Part shown: positions 29,514 through 39,900 of the stretch, one piece after another
Layout of the letters: every line of letters begins with the position of its first letter
Numbering within the stretch: the first letter of the stretch is position 1
Assembly (NCBI GenBank): GCA_964392365.1
Contig: CAYMPH010000010.1
Span: forward strand, 69,387 to 133,386
Origin: an uncultured Leptospirales bacterium
GTDB taxonomy: Bacteria; Spirochaetota; UBA4802; UBA5550
Length of the DNA stretch: 64,000 bases
Direction: 5' to 3'
Notes under the pieces: model-generated
Databases searched by the model: none
Told to the model about the DNA's origin: nothing
What the model saw: only the letters and a program-made list of their open reading frames with translations
Translations under genes and position numbers: made by a program

Positions 29514-30968
29514 ATGTATAAATTTATAATAATTATAATTGTGCCATTCATATTATTTTCATGTTCAAATAATAATGATAAGCCATACAAAATAAACGGT
29601 AAAATAAATGGCAACACATCCTCTTTGGCAGATGTAACATTAACGCTTAAACATTCCCGTTACGGAACATTTACTGTAAAAACAGATTCAAATGGAAATT
29701 ATACACTTCCAGACCTTTGGGATGGGGAATATACTATAACTCCGCAAAAGGAAGGTATTATATTTGAACCAAAAGAAGCTGTTGTTTCAATAAATGGGGA
29801 TATAAGCTGTAGTTTCACAGGTATTATTACCTGGGATAAGATAATTCCAGTTCCATCCGGTACATACGATTCCGGTGCAAATGATGTTGTAATATCCAAT
29901 GACGGCTATTTTATAGCAGGATATATTGATACAGAATTAAACATGTTTGATTTCAGGGCTGTTAAGCTTGATCTTTTTGGTGAAACATCATGGGAAAAAA
30001 CATACGGCACCAGCTTTTCTGATTTTGCCTTTTCAGCAGTAAAACAAAATTCAAACACAGGATATGTGATTATTGGAAATTCAGATACTGCTAGTTCATA
30101 TAAAGCAAGAGTTATTAAAATTGATGAAACTGGAACAATTCAGAAGGACGGCTTAATTGACCAGAATTACTTATTCGGCGTAAACGACTTTGATGAAGTA
30201 TTTAAAATTATTAGATCTTCAGATGGTGTAGGATATATTATTGCAGGCCAGACCAAAATAGCAAATAATGCAAATGTATGGGTACTTAAGCTCAATGAGA
30301 GTTTAGGTCAAATAGGGGAAATATTTTTTGGCGACATTAAAGATGATTATGCAAATGATATATGTGTAACTTCAACCGGTTACATTACCGTAGGCGGAAC
30401 AAAATCAAAGCTGGCCTCTGATAAAATAATCAACGGATATTTCCTTAGTACTGATTCTGTTCTTAGTATTGGTTCTGCAATGGATTTAATTAACCCCGGA
30501 GGATATGAAGAGGAATTCAATTCAATAGCACCTACAACTGATGGAGGATACATTGTAACCGGCTTTACAAGGGAAATCGAAACCTCCCCCTATGCTCTTG
30601 TTATAATTAAAAAAACTTCAGGCCTGGCTGATGAATGGAGAAATGTGGTACACGGAACCTATGGAACAGCCTCCAGAGGATTCAGCGCTATACAGACATC
30701 TGACGGTGGATATGCTGTTGCAGGAGAAAGTTTTAATTCTTCAACAAGATATGATATAGTTCTGATAAAATTTGATTCATTGGGAAATATGCTATGGAAA
30801 AGAACATATCCCGGACAATATGATGATACGGCTTTTTCTTTAAAGGAAACACCTGACTCAGGTTTTATTATAGCAGGAACAACTGAAGGCATAAACAGTA
30901 AAGACTCTATAAGGGTTTTAAAAACAGACCGTGAAGGCAAGATATACGGGCAAAGTTATGATGAGTAA
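29514..30968 (+). CDS. Lipoprotein: carboxypeptidase-regulatory-like domain + beta-propeller (DGGYI(I/V)xG repeats)
   Basis: Lipobox LFSC; TDSNGNYT...GEYTITP; repeated WEKTYG / TSDGGYAVAG units. Confidence 0.75.
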   Translation: MYKFIIIIIVPFILFSCSNNNDKPYKINGKINGNTSSLADVTLTLKHSRYGTFTVKTDSNGNYTLPDLWDGEYTITPQKEGIIFEPKEAVVSINGDISCSFTGIITWDKIIPVPSGTYDSGANDVVISNDGYFIAGYIDTELNMFDFRAVKLDLFGETSWEKTYGTSFSDFAFSAVKQNSNTGYVIIGNSDTASSYKARVIKIDETGTIQKDGLIDQNYLFGVNDFDEVFKIIRSSDGVGYIIAGQTKIANNANVWVLKLNESLGQIGEIFFGDIKDDYANDICVTSTGYITVGGTKSKLASDKIINGYFLSTDSVLSIGSAMDLINPGGYEEEFNSIAPTTDGGYIVTGFTREIETSPYALVIIKKTSGLADEWRNVVHGTYGTASRGFSAIQTSDGGYAVAGESFNSSTRYDIVLIKFDSLGNMLWKRTYPGQYDDTAFSLKETPDSGFIIAGTTEGINSKDSIRVLKTDREGKIYGQSYDE

Positions 30969-33900
30969 AGAAAAAATTATTAAACTCATTGCAGCAATTT
31001 TGGTTGTAACTGCTTTTTTCCCCGGTTGTTTTGAAAATATAACCGGAGGATCAAGCACAACCCAGAGCCCATACCAGGAAGAAGCTGATATAAGATTAAT
31101 ACCAGCACAGATAATTGCCACAGACGCGGAAGCTCTGAAATTATTTGACAGCAACAATGAAAGCGTGTACGCTCCTATTGAGACAAAAGAAATAGTTATA
31201 CAATACCCTTCGAAGCGAAAGATAAGCCGGTTAAAAGTTTTTGGAAGAAGTTCATATTCAATAACTGTTTATAAAGGCTCCGGTGAAAAGAAAGAAGTTA
31301 TAAATGATTTAAAATATACAGGCACTGATGTTTTTCCAACATGGAATGCAATTGAATCATTAAAACCAATATCCACTGACACAATTACACTTGAAATAAC
31401 GCCTCTTGATTCAAGTAATAATGGAATAAAAGAAATTGAAATATGGTCAAGAGATACAGGAGTTGTTGGAAGCTATAAAACAGATACTGATCTTTCCGAA
31501 GTAAAAACCGCTGATGATATGGAAAGCCGCGTTTCAAAAAACTCTGACAATATTAAAACATTCAGTTCATCCGGAGATATATCATTTTCAAATAAAACAG
31601 AAGCTGACCCTGCTTCTGTGACAGTAAATGTTGATATTGATCCTGTCTTGATTAAAAGAGCATATATAACTTACACAGGCGTAAATATAAAAACTCCGGC
31701 TGGAGTGAAGACCCGGATAAACGGAAGCTCATGGCTTGGAGGAAATATTGAACCGGATGGAGGCTCGGCAGGTGAGACAAAACTTTCTCTTGAGATAAAC
31801 CCGGCCTGGCTCAAGCAGGGAACAAACTCAATAGATTTTTCCAGTTTAAAAAGCGATATTTCAATCAAGAAATTAAAAATAGCAGTAGAATTTGAAAACG
31901 GCTACAACCACATTACATCTGTTTCCGACACAAACGCATTTGACAGGAACACATCCACAAATGCTGAAATAAACTTTGATAAGCCAAATTTTGATATAAA
32001 CTTTGGAAGAAAAATTGAATCTGAATATCTATATATAAACTTTTCAGGAACAGGCAATAGTCCGTTTAAGATTCAGAGTGAAAAAGACAATATCTGGATA
32101 GACTGCAGCGAACAGTTAAACCAGTCTGAATTTAAAGCCGGCTGGAATAAAATAAAGATGCAGGACGGGCTTAGTACAAGAGCTATAAGAATTAAATTTA
32201 ATTCTGAAACAGCATTTAAAAGTGAAATTGCAGAAGTACGAGTGAGCGGAAGCCAATCCGGAAATTCCGCTTTACCTGAAATAATAACATCCTTTCCAAG
32301 AAATGGAGAATATTTTTCAAGAAACGCTTCAATACTTGGATTTGTGAAACCTGTAAACGGCGATTTAGGAACTGATAAAATAAATATTGCTGATAAAGCT
32401 GTTAAAGGAATATCTGCTGACGGAGTGATGAACTTCATCCTTGCAAAAGAAGAAGCTGGATTTTCTGCGCAAGCAGACAATGACGCATGGAAAGCAATTC
32501 TAATATTTAACAATGGAACACAATATTCAACAAAAAACCTGGATTTAACACTTAATTTAAACAATGCAAATACAGGCAGTACAACAGGGACAGGAACAAC
32601 AGGAACAACAACAGGCGGAAGCGGAACAACGACAGATACAGTTTCAACTGATACTGAGTTTAGAACCATAGTTGACCCTAAAACGAGCAAATCCATTACA
32701 TACCAGGACATGACACTCGACATACCTGCAGGATCTGTTGACAAGGCAGTTGAAATAAAGATTATTCCATTAAATGAAAAGGATCTGCCAAAGCTTGATC
32801 CCGGTATGACAAATGTAACAACGCCTTTTGCAGGATACAGGTTTCTGCCTCACGGATCATTTAAAAAAGACCTTACACTGAAGCTTGGATACGCAAAAAA
32901 TAAAATACCTGCAGGACACAAGGAAAAGGACATTGTAAGTTTTTTCTTTGACGAGAACGAACGCAAGTGGAAAAAACTCGATACAATACAGATTGATTCC
33001 ACGAGAATGATGGTTCTTTCCGCCACAAATCACTTTACAGATATTATAAACGCAACGCTCACAACACCTGAACATCCTGACCCTCTTTCGTATAACCCGA
33101 ATTCGATTAAGGATATTAAAGCTGGAGACCCTTCGAGCGGAATGAACATGATTGAAGCTCCGAAAGCTTCGAATACAGGAGACGCAGGACTTGCTTACCC
33201 TATTGAAATTCCTAAGGGAAGAAACGGGATGCAGCCTGATGTAGCAATTAGATACAATTCCAGCGGAGGAAACAGCTGGCTCGGGCTCGGGTGGGATATA
33301 CATGTTTCCACGATTGCTGTTGATACAACATTTGGAGTGCCGAGAGGCAATCCCACCTATACACTTGATGGTACTAAACTTGTTTATGATACAGCTACAC
33401 AAACATACAGACCAAGAGTTGAAGGCTCGTTTGCGAAGATAGAAAAAAAAGGCGATACGTGGGTGGTAACTGATAAAAACGGAACTCGTTCTATCTATGG
33501 CGAAACAGGCAATTCAAAACTAAACAGCAGGCAGTGGAACCTCGAGAAAATAATTGATGCAAATGGAAATTATATTAGATATGAATATATTAAGGACTCA
33601 ACAGATGGAGTATGGTTATATTTATCCAAGATAAGCTATACAGGAACAGGCGGAAACGATGGTCCATATAGCGTTAATTTTATTACAGAAAATTCCAGAC
33701 CTGATAAAACAACAAACTTGAGAATGGGATTTAAAACTGCATTGAGATGGAAGTTAAAAGAAATTGAAGTTAGATACAAAGATCAATTAATAAGAAAATA
33801 CTCTCTACAGTATAAAGCAGCAGATCGATTTAATAAAACATTACTTGAAAAGATAATGCAGCTTGGACCTAATAATGAAACTTTCAATGAACATACATTT

Positions 33901-36900
33901 GAATATTATGATGATATTGCTGAAACTGGCGCTGACTCTGAATTTAGATCAGTTGGTACTATATTAAACCAGGATGGACAGACAAATCTATTGTCATCTG
34001 ATGGATGGGATTTAGGTACAAGCTTTGTACTTGCAATATCGCCTTTTTCAGCGGGACTTAATACATCTTTTGGATTGAAAATTGGATTTGGAGGAGGGGA
34101 AACCTTTACCAGAGGTGTGTTTATGGATATTGACGGTGACGGGCTGCCTGATTATGTTTTCACATTAAATAATGTAGCTTATTACCGTAAAAATTCTTTA
34201 TCCGATAAAGGAATCCCTACTTTTTCGAAGCCTATACCTATAGATACCCTGACTCAATTCCATCATCTTGGATCAGAATCAAATTTTGGTTTCAATTTGG
34301 GAGTAATGGGGTCTTTTATTTATTTGGGAGGCGGCGGACAAATTTCATTCAGCTGGAGTACAGGTACCGGATATTTTGCAGATGCCAATGGCGATGGGTT
34401 AATAGATTTCGTGTATAATGGCGATGTTTATTTTAATACACTCGTTGATGGCAAGCCGACATTCTCACTAAACTGCCCGGTTGATTCAGGGTTAACTGAG
34501 ACCACAGCTGATTTTTCTGCAACAAGGACTTTCCTTCCAGATGAATTAAAAAAGGAAAATCTTTTAAAAAAATTCTACAGGGATGATCCTCTGCTTGTAT
34601 GGAAAGCGCCATTTAGTGGTTCTGTAAGAATTAAAGGAAATCCAAGGTTACTACCAACAAAACCACTGGACTCATTAATTACAACTGATGATGGAGTAAG
34701 GGTGAGCATTGAAAGAGACGGGTATGTTATTTGGCAAAATGAGATAACAGGAGATGACAAATATAATAAAGAAACATTCCTTGTTGGAACAGATAGTGTT
34801 CCTGTAAACAAAGGGGATAGAATATTTTTTAGAGTTGATTCTATTAATGACGGAAACTTTGATGCGGTGGCATGGACCCCTGTTATTGAATATTCCGGAC
34901 CAAATACAAACACTACTGATGAAAACGGCTTCTTTCCTTATAAATATAATGCCAGAGATGATTTTAATATTACAGGAAATAACGCTGAGTTAGATGTTCC
35001 TACATCCGGTACTGTGAATTTTACAGGCTCAATAACGAAAGGTTTTAAAACAACTGATGATGTTTCATTAAAAATATATTTGATAACAGAAATAAGAGAG
35101 ACTGATGCAAATAATAACCCAACTTTAAGAGAAATAGACAGACAGGAAATTTATTCAAAAGACATAGATAGAAATTCCACAGGAACATTTCCAGTCAGTT
35201 TAACAGGTATAAATGTAATCAATAATATTGAAAGAGAAAATGGACAGGACCCTGATAGAAATAATGATCCAAAATATGCTAGAAATAAAATTCTTTGTAA
35301 AATTCATTCAGATACGCCAATTAAATTGAAAGAAGGCATAAATGAAATAAAAGCAGATGTTGCTATTGAATATACAGAAGCAGTTATAATAGATATTGAC
35401 CCAAAAAATTCACCAACTGCATGGAATCCTGATGATCCTAAATCTTATAAACCAGGAGTTATAAGCAGAGTAAGCGGTGATAAAATAAAAGATTTGAAAG
35501 CACCTATTCCGATTACATATACAACTTATCCTGAAACAGGCGACCTTCCCCCATATTCATGGAAGAGCGACAGCTCAGATAGAAGCGGAACCGCAACTGT
35601 TGAGATGAATTTGAGCATGCTATCAAACAACAGCCCTGATCCATTTTTAAATCTTCTTTCAGATTATACAGGAGGAGCTAAAACGCAACAAGAACCTTTA
35701 CTGGACCCTTTAAATGATAGAAATTATATCACACTTGCAGTAAAAATTGTAAATAATAATGAATTAGTTAAAGTAGTAAAGAAAAAATATTTTATAAAAA
35801 GTAATTTTGATTCAGGTAATGATATAAAATTTGAAGAACAGATAACAATCAACCCGGGTGATGAAGTATTTTGTATAGCTGCTTCTGACAGATCTGATAT
35901 TCAAAAATTTGTTCTGGTAATAAGTCCGAAAATAACAATTGGATCAAAAAATTTCTATGACGCCGCAACTTACCTTTACAGGGCTAAAGACAAAAACGAC
36001 CCGTTTGCCGGAGGATTTAGAAACTGGTATTTTGCAAGATACAATGGAGAAAACGAAGGGCCTCTTGATCCTTCAAAAATGGCAATCACGAATTTTACTG
36101 ATATTAAAGTCCCAACAAGCACAAATTGCAATGACCTGAATGCTCAAGAAGCTGCAAATAATGTTATAAAGAATTTTACTCCAATGATATCCATGGTAAA
36201 ACCAACGCCATTAAGGGAAACATACCCCGCTTGCCCCCTTGGAGTAAAAGATATAGACAGTGAAGGATATAAACAGTGGGCTGCTGCAGTGGAAGAAGCA
36301 AACAGAAAAATATGGGAAGGGCATGATAAATCCTGTTTTATTGGTTTTGTAAAAGGAAATGATACGGATCTTGTAATAAGTTCAACAAGGGTTGGACAAA
36401 AATATATTAAAGAAGATGCAGAAACCCTTGCATTGCCTGTTGCAAAATCGCAGGCAGGTTCTGCAACTGGAGCAGGAAGGGGAAGAGGAACCAATAAATC
36501 AACTTTTAGTTTTTCATACGGCGGTAATTTAATGACGCCTGTTGTGGATTTACAGGCATCAGTAAGCGTATCCACCACAGATTCTGATTATATAGATTTA
36601 AACGGCGATGGATATCCTGATGTAATAAAAAGCGGATCTGTTCGTTTTTCAAGGCCTGATGGCACATATCAACCTACTGAATCAACTAACTATGGCTCAT
36701 TTGTTAGAGCCAGCGACGCTAATAATAATGGTTTTAGTTTTCCTGGTACATCTGGAGCACATTATACGCCTGAGAGCGTGTTTGGAGCTGATGGAGCCGC
36801 CGAAGGAACAAAAGGCAGCAATCCAAGTGTATCTGGAAATTTTTCCTATAGCGATTATGCTCAATCTTCTGAAGATTTTATAGACATTAATGGCGATGGT

Positions 36901-39900
36901 CTTCCTGACAAAGTGACAAGGAATTTTTGGTCACCTGTAACAAAGGTTAAGTTAAATAACGGGTACGGATTAGAAGAATGTAATATAGCTCTTCCAGGAG
37001 CAAATGCTGAAGGTTTTAAGAAAAACTCATCCGGCTCTTTTACACTGGGAGTTGGTGTTTCAATTGATGATACTAAATTTTCTTTTGGAGCATCAGCCAC
37101 TATGGCTGAAGCAGCTGCAAAAATAGATTATATTGATGTTAATGGAGATGGGTTGCCGGATAAAGTACTAAAAGAAGGCGCTACATTACCATATATTGGC
37201 TTTGTACCTTCAGGAGGAGACTGGACAGTTTGTTTAAATAATGGAGACGGGTTTGATGCACCAATATCCTGGAGAGGAGCTGAATCATCAAAAGCAATAT
37301 CCGATAATTCGAATTTGACTTTGAATGCCGGGGGTGCATTTACTATTACAATACCTATTGCTTATGTAGGAATATTAATAAATCTTGGAATAAACGGCGG
37401 AGGAAAATTAGGTTTTAATACAGCACAAGCAATTGATATTGATGGAGATGGTATTGTTGACCATGTTGTTACTAATCCAGTTTCAATTACCAGTAAAACC
37501 GGCGGTGAAGTCAGAGCAGTTCTGAGCAACATTGGGAAAACACACCTTCTTAAATCTGTAACCCGGCCTCTTGGCGGAAAAATAACCCTGAAATACAAAC
37601 GTGCCGGTAATACACAGGACATGCCCAGGTCGAGATGGACTATGTCTCAAGTAACCATTACAGACGGTAACACCAGCACTTATACAACAAAATATGATTA
37701 CGAAGCCGGAAAATATGACAGATATGAAAGGGAATTCTATGGATTTGCCAAGGTAACAGAAACAAAGACAGACGTGGATGGAAATCCACTTCCAGAAGGA
37801 ACAAATCTTGAAAGGAATTTTATTACAGAAAACTACCACCAGAAAGGGCTTGAAACAAAATCTTTTTTAAGAGGTAATGGGAGTGATAAAAAGCTCTATG
37901 TTCAAACAATATCAAATTATGATTTAGCAGATTCAGCAGGTATTATTACAACTGTAACTGAAAGAAATAAATCATATTCCCCGAGATTAAGAAATAAAAC
38001 AACAGAATATTTTGAAGACGGAGGATCAGTAAAATCCTGGCAAACATACGATTACGATAAATACGGCAATGTGACAACATTTACAGACGAGGGCGACGGA
38101 GTACCGAAAGTAAAAGCATTAATTGTTTACGCATTCAATATCTCATCTTACATAATGAACAGGCCGCAGACAATACAGGTAACAGGAGACAAGCTATACA
38201 GACACAGAATTGGAAGCTACGACAGCCAGGGAAGACTGACACAGCTTACACAAACAGATGACAAGGGTAAAACAGCAATAACAGACATGCAATACGACAG
38301 CGCTGGAAACCTTATAAAAATAACAGGCCCTGCAAATGAATCAGGCCAGAGATACAGTGAAACCTATTCATACGATGATACAGGAAATATAAGCGCAATA
38401 AGCGACTCATTCGGCTACACATCCCGTGCAACATATGATCAGAAATGGGGGAAACCACTTAGCACTACAGACATAAACGGCAATTACATGACATATTCAT
38501 ACGATCAATACGGTAGAACAAAAAGAATATACGGCCCTAACGACCTTGGAAGCGGCAGGGCAACAATAGAATACATGTATGAAATAGCAGGACTGACGGC
38601 AAAATGCACAACAACAAATAAGCCAAGACCGGAAAGCAATGATACAATAGACGCAGTAACAACAATAGACGCACTGAAAAGGGTTCTCCAGACAACAGTA
38701 ACATCTGAAAGGAATGGAGCTCTTGGCTTTACCTCAAGCGGCGGCATAAAATATGATAGCTTGGGAAGAGTAACACAACAGGGAGAACCTGAATTTAATG
38801 GAGCACTTGGAAGTATAAAAAATGCCACAACTTTTGATTATGATAAACTCGGCAGAGTAACAACAACCAGATACCCTGACGGAAAAAATGAAAAGAACAC
38901 ATACGGTATATCTGGACAATACCTCACTACACTAACAACAGACAGGAATGGAGAACCAAAAACAGCGTATAAAGACATTAGAGGAAGAATACGGGCGATA
39001 GCAGAAAACGCAGGCACAACAGCATACGAATATAACCCAATGGGAGAAATAACAGCAGTAATAGACTCAAAAACAAATAGAACAAGCATAACATATGATA
39101 ATTTCGGCAGAAGAACGAGTATAAATAACCCTGACACAGGACTTGTGTCATATGCATATGACGCAGCAGGAAACCTGGTTAGAAAAGTAACGCCAAACCA
39201 GCTTAAACGAGGCGCATTCACAAGTTACAGATACACTTTCAATAGACTTGACAGAATAGATTACAAGGATATGCCAAGTGTAATATACACATACGGAAGC
39301 CCTGGAGCAGGAAACAACAGAGCAGGAAGAATAGTAACAGTAGAAAACGGCAACATGAAAGAAGAACGAAGCTATGGAAAAATGGGTGAAACAGTAAAAA
39401 CAGTAAGATCCATAAAGCAAGCAAACTCATGGACAAGCTATGAAATGAAATACGCATGGGATAACCTGGGAAGAATGACACAGCTGATATACCCAGACGG
39501 AGAAATACTGAGCTATACATACAACAGAGGCGGACTACTCAAGGCAGCAATAGGAAGAAGCAAGGAAAAAACAGAAACATACGTAAAAGAAATACTCTAC
39601 GACGAATTTGGCCATAGAACAAAGGTGGAATATGGAAACGGAATAAAATCGGAATATACATACGATCCGTTAAACCACAGACTGAATACATTAACAACAA
39701 AAGGTGCAGATAACAAGACATACCAGAACCTGACATATGAATATGACGCAGTGGGAAATATAATAACACGAACAAACAATGGATTTGTAACAACAGATAA
39801 AACAGAAAAAACAGCAACACAGACATACGGATATGACAATATGCACAGACTCATAAATTCAACAGGAACATACAGCAATGAAAGCTGGATACCATTTAAT